Below are positions 42,177 to 55,076 of a stretch of 64,000 bases of DNA, piece by piece. This DNA is from the human T2T-CHM13v2.0 reference genome, Homo sapiens, in NCBI RefSeq assembly GCF_009914755.1, contig NC_060929.1; one strand, written 5' to 3'. Within the stretch, counting starts at the first letter, position 1, and every line of letters begins with the position of its first letter. The position numbers and the translations under genes are program-made. The notes under the pieces were generated by a model. It was given only the letters and a program-made list of their open reading frames with translations. It was not told where the DNA came from and searched no databases.

Positions 42177-42177
42177 A

Positions 42178-42257
<80 letters not shown>

Positions 42258-42389
42258 AGGAAGGAAGGAAGGAAGGAAGGAAGGAAGGAAGGAAGGAAGG
42301 AAGGAAAGAAAGAAAAAGAAAGAAAGAAAGAGAGGAAGGAAGGAAGGAAGGAAGAGAGAGAGAAAGGAAAGAAAGGAAAGAAAGAAAGG
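42177..42389. repeat. Alu-tail purine microsatellite (AAAG)20(AAGG)12 plus degenerate extension
   Basis: 213 consecutive purines on the + strand. Confidence 0.97.
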
Positions 42390-43517
42390 CAGGCAGGCAT
42401 GGGAAAGAAACCTTTCTGGAACTAATCCACCTCCCTTTCTTGCTAAGGTATAGTCATAGCCCTAAGTTTTTTAGAGTGATTTACACCACCTCCCAAAGGA
42501 GTCTCCACTAACCATGACCCATTCACTCAAGTGTCCAGCGACCCAGGTTGCTTGATATGCCTTTCCCCAAACTCCCCAAAGAGCTGCTGCTATGTGTTTT
42601 TATTTTTTAACAAATGTGCCATTGGCTCCCAAGGCAGTAATGAGTGCCGAGTACTGAGTATTTGGATTCCATCACTGGCTGGCATCACCAACAAAAGAAG
42701 TTCAGGCCCCTGCAGGGACTCCTTGGAGAACTCTTGGGGCTTGCCTCTTAGAAGCAACTCTCTGACGGAGAGCCTGACATTATCGGTGACTAGAAGCAGC
42801 TTTGCCAAGTCTTGCTGCTGCATTTGGGTCCCATTACCCCCGTGGCCATCCTTCACTTCTATGTTTGTTCAGCTGCCACTGTTCCAGCATTCTCCCCCCA
42901 TCATTCTCAAAGCTGCCCCCTCTTCTTCATCCCCATCACCTGCCCTAGTCCAGGCTTCCCCATCTCTTCCAGGCCTGTTTTATTTCCCTGCCTATAGACT
43001 TTGCTTTCCAAATCCATCTTCCCCACTGTCCCAGAGCAATCCTTTTGAGAACCATGTCTCAGCAGCTGTTGACTTGTCCCACGGCTCCCATTCTATGAGC
43101 TTTAGGAAGCCAGATGCTCTTCCTAAAACGTTTCCATGTTTCTCTGTGGGAGATGAGTAGAGATGGGAGCTATATTCTCATGGTCGTTTCTGGCTTGCTT
43201 CCACTGAATTAGTTTAGTATAGGAATCAGTCACCTTGCATGGATGTGTGCACACACACACACACACACAAGCACGCACACACATATACCTATCAGGTGCC
43301 ATCCAATCACACATCACATCCACCCAGATGTGGCTTTGGCCCCTTTCCCCTATTTTTCACACCAGAAGGCTCATGCTGGTTATTTTTGTGAGCATCAGGC
43401 TTTTCTGAATATTTCTGGATGGAGAAATTCACATGTCAGCAAGATATCAACTTCAGTGTTTTCAATTATATACTTTTAAATATAACATACACGGTTTCAT
43501 TCTCTTCATTAAAAAAT

Positions 43518-43822
43518 AGGGAGAAGGAAAGGATAGAGATTTGTTAAAGGATACAAAATTACTAGATGGCTAGATAGGACGAAGAAGTTGTAGTGTTCTA
43601 TAGCATTGCAGGATGACTATAGTTAATATATAATATAGTATATAGTTTCAAATAGCTAGATGGAGGATATTGAATGCTCCCAACACAAAGATATGATAAA
43701 GGTTTGAGACGATGGATATGCTAATTACCCTGATCTGATCACTATATATTATATGTACCAAAACATCACTATGTACCCCATGAATATGTATAATTATTAT
43801 TTGTCAATTTCAAAGAAAAAAG
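43518..43822 (+). mobile_element. L1MA7/8-like 3' end
   Basis: ggatacaaaattac...caacacaaagatatgataaa...gatggatatgctaattaccctgatctgatcactata...atgtaccccatgaatatgta. Confidence 0.88.
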
Positions 43823-43839
43823 AGTTAAAGCATCAGAGA

Positions 43840-44025
43840 TAACGCTGAGGAGGTGGACCAGGAAGGAGGAGCCTGGTTTCTTCATATCACCACGGAGTCT
43901 CCAGCCAGCCTGGGACTACTTACCTCTCGGGCTTCCTGTTGCAAGATATAAATAACCTGCTACATGTTGGGCGGCTGTGAGCAGGTTTTCTGTTCCCTGC
44001 AGCTGACAATGCTATCTGAGACACT
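43840..44025 (+). mobile_element. MLT1J/K-like LTR 3' part
   Basis: ggagcctggtttc...ccagcctgggactacttacctct...aaataacc...ggttttctgttccctgcagctga. Confidence 0.55.
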
Positions 44026-44069
44026 CCCACCTACCACTGAGCCTCCCTTGTCTTCCACCATCACTTTAG

Positions 44070-44290
44070 CTTCTTACCAGTCTTTATTTTTCTACCTAGT
44101 ACTTCATCACTGGCTGACAAGGTATGATTTTTGAATTGCTCACAAGTTGGTCTCTATTTTCCCATGAGAATGTAAGCTCCACGTGGAGAAGGAGTTGGTC
44201 TTGTTCCCATGTTATCTGTAAGGCCTAATACAATACCTGGCTCATAGCAGGTGTTTGATAAGTGTTTGTCAAATAAATGAATGAATGCAG
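44070..44290 (+). mobile_element. L2 3' end
   Basis: agaatgtaagctccac...gtcttgttc...aatacctggctcatagcaggtgtttgataagtgtttg...aatgaatgaatg. Confidence 0.75.
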
Positions 44291-46479
44291 ATTTGATCAC
44301 CTTCCTCCCCTTTCAGAAGATAAAATCCAAACTACTCAGATAGGCAAACGGTCATTCCTGCCCTGGACACTACCTGCTCCACCCACCTTGTACCAAGCTC
44401 CATGTCTACACCCTCTGCTGGGCCTTTGCACAGGCTGTTCTCTCACATGCATTAATTGAGCATCTTCTATATGTCAGGTGCCCTTTTAGGCATGGGAGAT
44501 AACTCAATGAACCAGCCAGCTGCAGTTTCCACCCAATGGAGCTCAGCAGAAAGGAGAGACGTAGGCCGGCAGTACAGTGTGGTCAGTCACAGTGCAAGGT
44601 GGGATACAGGGAATTAAGAGCTCCTCAGTGTCTAAGTAGCAAACTCCAATTCATTTTTTAAGGCCCAGCTCCAATGTCCCGTCTTCTAGGAAGGCTTTTC
44701 CTAGACCCTGTGTTGGAGCAGATGCTCCTGGTGCTCCCTAAGCCCCTTGGCCTTCTGCTGCCACTGAACGCAGCCCACTCTTTTGTCTTTGCCTGGGTCT
44801 TTGTGCGCCTCTCCAGGCAGCCTGTGAGCCATAGGGCCAGGAGCCCTGTCTTATTGTCTCCATAGCCCCAAGGCCCAGTGCAGGGCTAGACGTGGCAGTT
44901 TTTATTGGATTCAGCTACTGACTGGTCCCTTCCTTGGCTTGCTCTTCTCCTCTCCAGCCCCCTTCACTTGCTCAAGTTTCAGGTTTCAGGCTGACTCTGT
45001 CTCTCCTTTTCACACTTAGGTCCCCAGACATTTCTTTGTCTTGTTCTGAATTAACCCTTCCTCTTTCGAGGGAAGCTCGGGGAGGGGAAGTGCCAGCTTT
45101 CTCTTGGCTGGCTAGCAAAGCTTAGATGAAAGGCCAGAAAAAGGTATCCAAACTCTCAGCAATTGTTTTCCTGCTTTTATTATTCTTTATTCCTCAGGCT
45201 AGGCCCCTCCTTCCCTCCTTGCTTTCTCTGTCTTGCATTGTCACCCAACCATACTCCCTTCCCAGAATGTGACAGACTCCTCACACCTCTGCACCTCTGC
45301 ACCTGCTGCTTCCCTCCGCCAGAGACGCTGTTCCCCCACCATCACTTCCTGATGAAAGCTGCCACACTCTGTGAAGCCAAGTACCCATGCTACTTTCTCA
45401 ATATGGCTCCTCCCATGTCCCCTTCCCCATCCCCAAGCACAATAAATCGCTCCCACGGTGCTCTGTGCTTCCTTGGCTGTAGCTGGATCCCATGACATTC
45501 TGGTGGGTCATCCATGGTCACATCCTCTCAGATGTGAGCTCTTCATCACCTGGATCAGTGAGAAGTCTGTGCCCAATCTCTCTTTGTCCTTCCAGTGCTC
45601 AGCATAGAGCTTGCCACGCTATAGAACCAAATAGACGATTGTTGCTTTGGGTGGCTGAGGTCTTAGGCAAGGGAGTGAGAAGGAGTGGCCACCCTTCCTG
45701 GTAACAGCACCTTATTTGCTTCTGGAGAACCATCTTCCCCACTTTCCATCCATCTGGCTTGAATAGGACTGACCGAAATGCACGGCAGGGCATATGACCC
45801 AAGACAACCCCATTGGACAGCGCATCCCCTGACCTGAGAGATTGCTCAGTGATGGGCATGTCACCCAAGCCTGGCCCATGAGATCATGGCAACAAAATTA
45901 AAGATGAGCTTGGAAATTGAGTGGAGGGCAGATGAGGGCAGGAGGAAAAGGATAAACCAAAACTAGAATTTGTGCCTTATAGCCATGAAGTCTAAGATAT
46001 TTGAGAGAGTCTGGCCACACTCATGGCTCTGTGTTCCCAAGGGATCAAAGTGTTCTTACCTCACAATCTGCTCTTGTTGTGGGAGGATCTTGATTGGGCC
46101 TTCTTGTTGGCAGTACCTAGAGTTGAAAGAAGCAAGACATGACAGTGAGCTGTGGAGAAAGAGCATGCATTTTGGAGTCAGACGATCTGAGCTCAAATTT
46201 TAGCTCTGCTACTTACTGGCTGCACACAAGTCCCTTGTCTCCCTGACGCTTGGTGCCTTCATCAGTGAGACATGAAAATCGATTTGTAAGGTCACATTCA
46301 CAAATAAAACATGCATGCAAATAGCAGTTAGTCATCTACTGCAGTGATTCCATTGTAATTCTGAGTTGGTAGTCTGCTAAAATCATCTAAGGTAGGAGAT
46401 GTGGAAGTGGATGATGAGGCTTAAGCTATGGCAGAGAGTAAGAATGGAGAGGAAGGTAGAATAAATATTATCCAGGGAA

Positions 46480-47330
46480 TATTAGTCAGAAATCTTCTGT
46501 TTGCAATTGACAGAAACCCCACTTGAAAGCATGCTTCACCGGGCGCGGTGGCTCACACCTGTAATCCCAGCACTTTGGGAGGCTGAGGCGGGTGGATCAC
46601 AAGGTCAGGAGTTCAAGACCAGCCTGGCCAATATGGTGAAACCCTATCTCTACTAAAAATACAAAAATTAGCCTGGCGTGGTGGCACATGCCTGTAGTTT
46701 CAGCTACTCAGGAGGCTGAGGCAGAAGACTCACTTGAACCGGGGAGGCAGAGGTTGCAGTGAGCTGAGATTGAAATCACACCACTGCAGTCCAGCCTGGA
46801 CAACAGAGCAAGACTGTGTCTGAAAATAAATAAATAAATGAAATGAAAACAAAAGCATGCTTAAGCAAAAAAGAATCAGTCCACACAGCTCAGAGGTGCA
46901 TGGCCAGGAGGCTAGGTCTCTGCCTAGTACCCCATTATGGTCCTGCTTTCCTGTGGGGTGACCTGATTCTCTGATTCTCCACTGTGCACATGGAGGCCCC
47001 AGCTGTTCCAGGCTGGCATATTTGCACAGTGAGCAATCCCTATAGGAAAAGAGAGGGTCTCTTCCCCCGCATTTCTCACAAAAGTCTTGGAACTGATCCT
47101 CAATGGCCACTCTTCCATCATGCTCCCATCCTAGAGCCCATGATGGGCATGAGAGATATTCTGATTGGCTGAGCCTGGGTCCTTAGTGCTGGGGGTAGGG
47201 GGGTTGAGGGGTGCAGAGAGGAGAGAATCCAACCTCACCTTAACTACAAAGAGTGAGAGTGGAGAAGGGGATCTCTGGGGTGCTGTCACTCAAAGAAGTG
47301 AGGTATACCAGGCAAATATAAAAAACAGGT
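46480..47330 (-). mobile_element. MLT1K/L-like LTR interrupted by an Alu
   Basis: attagtcagaaatcttctgtttgcaattgacagaaacccc...[Alu]...cttaagcaaaaaagaat; tctgattggctgagcctgggtc. Confidence 0.6.
46538..46851 (+). mobile_element. AluSg-like
   Basis: ggatcacaaggtcaggagttcaag...gccaatatgg; TSD aaagcatgctt (46526-46536 / 46852-46862). Confidence 0.95.
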
Positions 47331-49069
47331 GTGTCTTCCAGAAGGAGTTTAGCCATCCAAGGAAGGTTTGGAAGTGGAAGGCCAGGAAATCAATAGAGTC
47401 AGCACTAACCAGGCGGTTTTGAGCTTGTAGCCCCTGTCTTTGGTCTCCAGCAGGCCTCACAAGCATGACTCAGTGGTGAGGCTGCCGCACATGTGGTTTT
47501 GAAACCAACCTTTCCCCTTGGCCCCAGCAGTGCGTTGGCGTGTCCCTGGGGCTGGTCCCAGTGCCCGCCTGGAAATGCCCTTGGTTTGGGCCCCTGCCTG
47601 AATCTCTGGAAAGGTCTTTGATCTCCTCACCCCAGCTCTTCCATTGGCTTCCTCCTCACCCTGGGACAAAGTCTGGCAATTGCTGAGGAAAAGGCCAAAT
47701 GCCACCTTGCAATTTGCTGGGTCATCCTGGAACAAGTGCTGCTGGGGCTCCCTGTCCCTACCCAAGCAGAGGAAAGTTCAGGACAGTGGGCAGATGCCAC
47801 CACCCCCAGAAATGAGTAAACCAGGAGGCTGGGCCTGGGGTGCTGGCTGAGACCCTGGCCAAGTGCTTATCCACAGTGATAAATGAGGTCATCATAGCTG
47901 CTAAGGTCAGTCCTCCTCGGGCATGTAAACAGCAAATAAGCTCATGATTGGAGAACACCCTTCGAGAGAGGAGGCTCCTGCATGCAGAAGATCCTTCCTG
48001 AGCACCTTCTGCCCTCCATGTCCGAGCTGCACACTGGAACAGAGAGGTGAATAAAACGTAATCACTACCCCAAATTGCTTGCCAGCAATGACAAGAGACA
48101 GACAGGTAGCAATCAGCCCACAGTACGGTACACAGAGTCTGTTTATAGAAGGACACTCTAGAGCTTGGGAAGTACAGAGGAGGCATGAAAGCTACAGCCG
48201 GGGGACAAGTGGGAGGGACCCAAGGAGCCAGGGACTAAGCTGGCACCTGAAGGAGAAAGCTGGTGGGGTGAAGAAAGGAGGGAAAAGCCATCCATCCTGG
48301 GTGGAAGCAGCATGTGCAAAAATGCAGTGGTTGCTCAGGGGCCTGTAAGTGGAGCCCAGGGCACCGGGAGAGGCGATGGAAAGAGGGGAGATTAGAGGGG
48401 AAGACGGGACCAGTGTTCTCAAGTTCTTTCATTGGGGCAGTGTCGAGGTCTGGTCCAGACTCATTCCCTCTGGTCCAGATCATTTTCTCTAAAACAATTA
48501 AACAGAAACTCATGCAGACCCAGTGTCTCCCTCCATAGGAAATCGTCTTAGCAAGGACTCGGCACTTTCTGGGAAAGCTAAAGGGATGTGTGACTTTCTG
48601 GGAAACCACATCCCAATATTTCCTGCATTCTCACCCCAGAGCCCCCAAATCAGGCTCGTTTCTAGGAAGTCAAATCAACAGTGGAGGTTTGGACTGTTGC
48701 AGCCGCCAGGTGGAAAGACACGCAGCCCCTGCACACCTGGGCTGGCTGGACAAAGTGGCCAGGCAGATGCGCAGGAAGGAAAGCCTGCAGGTGCTGAAGG
48801 CGCCCCCAGAAGAAAGACAAAACCATCTCTCCTTGTCCCCTTATTTTGTCATTTGAAACATCATTTAGGGGAAGGTGAAGGCCGTTTGGTCATATATTCC
48901 CAGCTGCGTGACCTTGGGACTTTCAGTTTCCTCAGCTGAAAAGGTGATGTGAGAATGCCCCTAGGTCTGGCAAGCCAAGCACCTGTGCGAGGAGATGCCA
49001 ACTTACTCTTTTTTCTGAAGACCCTCCTCAGCAAAGCCCGAAAGTGCTCTCTCTCCCCACGCTGGAGAC

Positions 49070-49662
49070 CAGTGTGCTCTCCAGACAGCAGGCTTTCCCT
49101 GGCAGGGTCACAAACCAAATGTCTAAGTATTAAAAGTTTTAAAGCAAGCTAACAAACTGCTAGATAAAATATAGCATACCTCCTCACACGATGGCAGAGC
49201 CTCCTAATGACCTGGAAGGCCAGATCAGAATGGCTAGACTCCTCGGAGTTTCACATTGGCATGCGGCAGCTACTTTCCCCGTTCTTCATGTTTTCCTGCA
49301 CCGGGAGAAAAACAGAAACCGGGCACTCGGCCCACGTGGCCAAGCTCTACCCGGGTCCCACAAAGCAGCTGCCCTTTGTCCAGCCTTCAGGGCTGGAGCA
49401 CCCACTGGCCATGTGGTTCACACTAGGGAAAATGGGAGAGGTCCAGGAGGCCTCAGAAGTGGGCATGGTCATTTGGACGGGGAACCCCAGGGTCCTGGGA
49501 ATCCAGAGCGTCCTCTGGAAGGGAGGCATGTGAGTTCCAACTGGGCACAGCCCTTTGTTCCCCAAGACTCCTCACTCGCAGGGAGGGGCAGTGTCTAAGC
49601 AAGACCTTCTAAAATGCAGGGCCCAGGGCTGGAGCCCCTCTTACCCTGATCAGAGAGTGCTG
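49070..49662. mobile_element. MER115/Zaphod-like (hAT-Tip100)
   Basis: aaaagttttaaagcaagctaacaaactg...gacctggaaggccag...gactcctcggagtt...ctaaaatgcagggcccagggctggagcccctctt. Confidence 0.75.
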
Positions 49663-49696
49663 GACAGGGAATTGGAGATGCAAGAATATTAGGGTT

Positions 49697-50032
49697 TTAA
49701 TTAATTAATTAATTAATTAATTAATTTATTTATTTATTTATTTTTTGAGACTGAGTCTAGCTCTGTCACCCAGGCTGAGTGCAGTGGCAAAATCTTGGCT
49801 CGCTGCAACCTCTGCCTCTGGATTCAAATGATTCTCCTGCCTCAGCCTCCTGAGTAGCTGGGATTACAGGTGCACGCCACCACACCCTGCTAATTTTTTT
49901 TTTTTGTACTTTTAGTAGAGACGAGCTTTCACCGTGCTGGACAGGCTGGTCTTGAATGCCTCACCTGCAATGACCTGCCTGCCTCAGCCTCCCAAAGTGC
50001 TGGCATTATAGATGTGAGCCACCACACCCGGC
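49697..50032 (-). mobile_element. AluS with (TTAA)7/(TTTA)n tail
   Basis: Antisense Alu dimer ending gtgagccaccacacccggc. Confidence 0.93.
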
Positions 50033-50706
50033 AGGAAATCAGCTTTTTTATTTTGCTATTTCCAAGTGAGATCTGAAGTAAGGCCCACAACGTTTCTGGC
50101 CCTTAGTCTTTCCCAGAGTCAACCAATTTAGTCTCTGTGCTTCCTTCTGGCTCTGGCCCAGGGTCCTAAAGCTGGTCCTGTCCTTCCTAAGGCCAGTGGA
50201 TATGGGTCATCAGCTTTGTAAAACCTTTCTGCCTGGTGCCAGCACCTCCAGGGCTACAGTTAGCCTTAGTATTTGACACCTGGACTTCCCTCAGCAGCAG
50301 GCCTGGAACTGAAAAGCAAGCAAACGCATGCAAACCTTTTATTTCTTTCACCTGTGACCTGGGATCATGAACGCTGTGGAGTCCTGACCAGGCTCACCTA
50401 TACCAGTGTCCAGGTCTTCCAGGCAGGACAGGCCTCCATCAGACCCATTCACAGATCTGGCTGGCTCTCCCAAGCCAGGTCTGTCATCAGGATCTTTAAA
50501 GAAAATCAATGAATGAAGCAAAATGAGAGGACAGAGGGCTGCTGGCTTAGTGCAGGGAAAAGCTGGTGTATGGGCCCGTAAGTTCTGCAGTGTTTGGACA
50601 CAGATAAGGCCTTACACTGAATGTGGGGAGAGGAAGGGGACCAGAGGAGGAGGAGAATAATTATTACTGTTCAGTGAGTTTTTCCAGGTGCCATAATACG
50701 TGTTGC

Positions 50707-51018
<312 letters not shown>

Positions 51019-51169
51019 ATGTTGCATTTTTTTTACCTCCATTTTCTCAGTAATGTAAGGACCTCATAGACCAGTGAAATCCTCTCCTTTCCAAGACCTC
51101 AATTTTGGGAGGTGACATAGGGCTGCTCACTTTTTATTTTGCCATGGAAAGACATTATAAAGCAAATAT

Positions 51170-51545
51170 CCACTCAATTATTTATTCAGTTGACAAATAC
51201 TTATCGAGGGTCTGCTCTGTGCCAGGCATTCTTTCAAGCCTTGGGATACAGCTGTGAACAAGACAGACAAAAATCCCTGCCCTCTTGGGAAGAGTCAGAC
51301 AGTGGCCCAAGCAGGAACTAAATCATAGGTCAGATGGGCTAAGTGCTATGGAGGAAAAACAGGTCAGGCAAGGGGGAAAGGCACACTGTGGGTGGATGGC
51401 AATTTCCAATAGGGTGATCAGGGAAGGTGTCCTTGAAAAGGAGACGTGTGAGTTAAGTTCTGAAGCTAGTGAGGCAGTGAGTCTTGTGGGTGGGGGTGGG
51501 TGGGGGAGGACTCTAGGCAGAGGGAACAACAGCTCAAAGGCCCTT
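51170..51545 (-). mobile_element. L2 relic
   Basis: acaaatacttatcgagggtctgctctgtgccaggc...gatacagctgtgaacaagacagacaaaaatccctgccctc...ggcagagggaacaacag. Confidence 0.8.
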
Positions 51546-51581
51546 AGTCCTTTCCACTGAAAAAATAATCATCAAAGAAGG

Positions 51582-51841
51582 GACCAGGTGAGGTGGCACA
51601 TGCCTACAATCCCAGCACTGGGAGGCCGAGGCAGGAGGATTGCTTGAGGCCAGGAGTTCAAGACTGTCGCTAAAAAGCATAAATTAGCCAGGCATGGCGG
51701 TGTGTGCCTATGGTCCCAGCTACAGGCTGAGGTGGGAGGATCGCTTGAGCTCAGGAGTTCAAGGCTGCAGTGAGCTGTGATTATGCCACTGCACTCCAGT
51801 CTGGGCAATAGAGTGAGACCCTGTTTCTGTAATAAAAATAG
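51582..51841 (+). mobile_element. AluJ with internal deletion
   Basis: gaggattgcttgaggccaggagttcaagac|tgtc (end of left arm missing); gagttcaaggctgcagtgagctgtgatt. Confidence 0.9.
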
Positions 51842-54800
51842 AATAATAATAAAGAAAGAATATAATCACAGAATAAGGGCCAATCCTTCTTAAGGGAGGG
51901 CAATTCGTGACCTATTATGTTGACATATATACACATACATATGGAGATACAGTAATTTGTCATTAGTTTATGTTGCATAGGGTAAGAACCTATCCCAAGT
52001 CAGTTTTTGTCTGCAGACCAGCATGTGGCAAGTTACTGTTATTGCATTTTACAGGTGAGGAATCCGAGCCTCAGAGAGGGAGTGGGCTTTGTCCGGCATC
52101 ACGACAGCTGAAGCCCACAGGCTAGGATTTGAACCCAGATCCTGAAGACGCCAGGGCCTTTGCCCCTGTCCACTAGCTGTTGTGGCCTGCTTCACAACCA
52201 TGTCTCCTGGCCCCCGCTCCAGGGCTCCATGACTGCTGATTAAAAGAACAGCTTTGCCATATGGTTTAACCTGATTTTTCCTCCTCCTTTTTCTTCCCCA
52301 GACTGCATGCCCAGGAAGGAGGCTGGGGCAATATGGACTGCACCTGAGCTAGCAGGACAGGGTGGGCAGGTGGGCAGGGCCGCAGACTTTGCTCCTTTTG
52401 GGAGATCCGTAGGCAGCTCCCCGGCGCTATGCCTACTGGGGCCTTCATGCTGGCATTTGGCCCAGTCAGGAAGTCTAGGCTAGGTGTGGCCTAGAAGACA
52501 GCATTGCCTCAAACCAACTCATGCCAGCGAGCACTGACTAGCCACCCACTCTGTGCCCAGCTCTGTGCTGGGAGCTTTGGAGGTTACTTCATGGAAATGA
52601 ATCCCCTTAACAGCAGTGAAATGTAGGCAAGAGACCCATTGATTTGTTCATTCACTCATTCACACGTTCTTTACACCAAACTTTGCTGAGTACCACTTCA
52701 TTCCAGAGAATACTGCCTCGGGCTCTACGATGGGCCAGGCATTGTGCCAGGCACTTGTGTTCCTATTTTAAAAGGTACTAAATCATAGTATGATATAGAG
52801 AGAAAGACTTTGAGGTCGATGGAGCAATTCGCTCAGAGGAGACCTGGGAAAGTTTGGAGAGGAGGTGAGATCTGGGCTGGGCCCTGCAGTAGCGGAGTTT
52901 GGGGTGGGGAAAGGGCATTCAGGCAAGGGTAACAGAGGCCAGGCAGCTGGATAACGAAGAGTGTGTTTGGGAACCAAGTGTTGACTGACCCTCTGGCACA
53001 GGGTTTCCCCCACAGGACAGTGGGGAGAAGGGTGGTTAGGAAGGAGGCTGGGAAAGTTGGTTCCCCATCTAGTCTTTGTGAGTGGCTCCCAAGGCCACCC
53101 GCCAACTTCTCTGACCCTCATTTTGCCATCCTGTGAATCAGATTTAATGACCCTCGTCCTGCCTGTATTATAGGGAGGTTTTGAAGGTCAAAGGGAACCC
53201 AGAGACTTTGCTATGCCGAGAGAGAGGTCACTTGCCCCTGGTTTTGCTTCCTTCCCAGGGGTGTGTGGGCCCCTGGGTTTCAATGGTTTCTTCAGGGCTG
53301 GCCTCCAGCCACACTCTGCCAGCCCCACAACCCCCACCCCAGGTGCTCCTGAAGGTCAAGAGTGTGTCCTGCTCATTTGCATCTGTGCATGGGGTAGGTG
53401 GTCAGAGCCCAAGTCAAGGAGTCAGCCTGATCCCCATTCAGGTGCACATTGCCCCGGCGGCCCCCGGCAAATCACTTTCATCTTTGAGCCTCAGTGTCCT
53501 CATAACGGGGCTGTTGTGAGCTGTGGTGAGCAGCAGGTGATACGGAGCTTGCATTCAGCCCCTGTGAACGACTTGCCGGGACTGCTCTAAGCAGGGACCT
53601 CACCACCCTTCCGGGGACATCCTGGAGCAGGAAGGCTCCTGCTGGTCCAGTTCCCAACTGACAATCAATTACTCAATCGCTCACTTTGTTCACTCACTCC
53701 ATTCACTCACTCCTTCAACGAATGTTTACTGACCACCTTCCAGGCACCCAGCACAGCACTGGGTGCTTTGTTGTTGCAATGATTGAGACAAGGTTTTGAA
53801 CCTCAACAGAGAACTTATAATTGAATTAAAATTGGCAGGCAATATGTGACTATGTGCCCCCTGGATGGGGCAGGTGGCAGTTGACAGTGCAGAGAGAGAA
53901 AAAGACACAGAAATTGTTAGGTTGGAGTAGGGTAGGGATATGCGTCAGGGAAGACCTCTCAGAGGGTGTGGCCTCCAGCAGAGTCTGTGGAACTCAGGAG
54001 GGTGGGGAGTGGAAGGTGGGCATTCCAGGTAAGGGAACTACCTGAGCAAACGTATGGAGGGAGGCATGCATGTGGCCATCAAACCTGCTTAGCTGGAAGG
54101 AATGGGTGGAACCTGGTTGTACAGGTGGCCAGGGCTGGGCAGCAGAAGGCCAGGAGACTGAGCACTTCCTGCAGCCTGGATTCCAGGGTGTTGACAGGAG
54201 GAGGCTGCAACACCAGCTAACTCAGAGCTCTGAGATGGTGAGGTAGGAGGGTGAGTGATGGGCTGGCCTCCCTGCCTGGCAGTCCTCCTGCCCCTTTAGA
54301 TAGGATGCAGGGTGGGAAGAGCAGAGCTCCTGCCTCTGATTCACTGTGTAGGTCAATACTCAAGTAGGTCACTATGTTTCTCAGAGCCTTGGTTTCTAAA
54401 CATGGAAAACTGGAGAGACTGGGCCAGATGGTCTCAATTGCCTTTCCAGCTCTAGGACTCTAGAATCTTCTTATTGTCAATTCTGCATCTGCCGTGGCAG
54501 TCCTGCCTATCCTGGCTTCTCAGCAATCACCCTCCCCACCAGCCGCAAGGTTAGCTTGTGCGCTCATGCTTGCTTCACGTGATCCTTCTCCTCCAACCTG
54601 GCTCTGGAATATTCCTGAACCTGGAGAGACACACTTCACAGCCAATCAGATGAATCCTTTGGAGAATTTAAACCAAGAGATCCAGGCTCTGGATCAATTA
54701 GATAGTGTTAGCCCTTCGATGCAAGGTTATAAGAAGAAGAAAGACTAGTGTTTGCTGAGCTTTATTTCGTTCTCACATCAACCCTGCAAAGTAAGCTCTG

Positions 54801-54925
54801 TTTGTATACCCATTTTATAGATGAGGAAATCAAGTTTAATGAAGGACCATGTTTGTCAGATTATGGCATGTAGCTGGTTACGATGCATCCCAATTCTCCA
54901 AGAAAAAAGTTTAAAGTAAAAATCA

Positions 54926-55076
54926 AAATATTTAGCTTTTAGAATATTTTAGTATAGCTTAGTATATATTAATGTACATATTTAGTATAGTTGAGTATAG
55001 TACATATTATATATACTAAAAATATACCAGAAGCTAAATATTTCCATTTTTAGTATATATAGTATATACTAAAAAT
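54926..55076. repeat. AT-rich double inverted repeat
   Basis: Arms 54926-54956 / 55012-55043 (13 bp perfect, then imperfect); 14-bp perfect arms 55046-55059 / 55063-55076. Confidence 0.85.

Noticed and set aside
41897-42511. 204-aa ORF with a K/E/R-rich stretch
   Set aside because: Translation of an AluJ plus the stop-free AAAG/AAGG microsatellite; GTG start; not a gene.
42531-43160. 209-aa ORF, the longest in the window
   Set aside because: GTG start, S/P/L-rich composition typical of non-coding DNA, and no recognisable domain.
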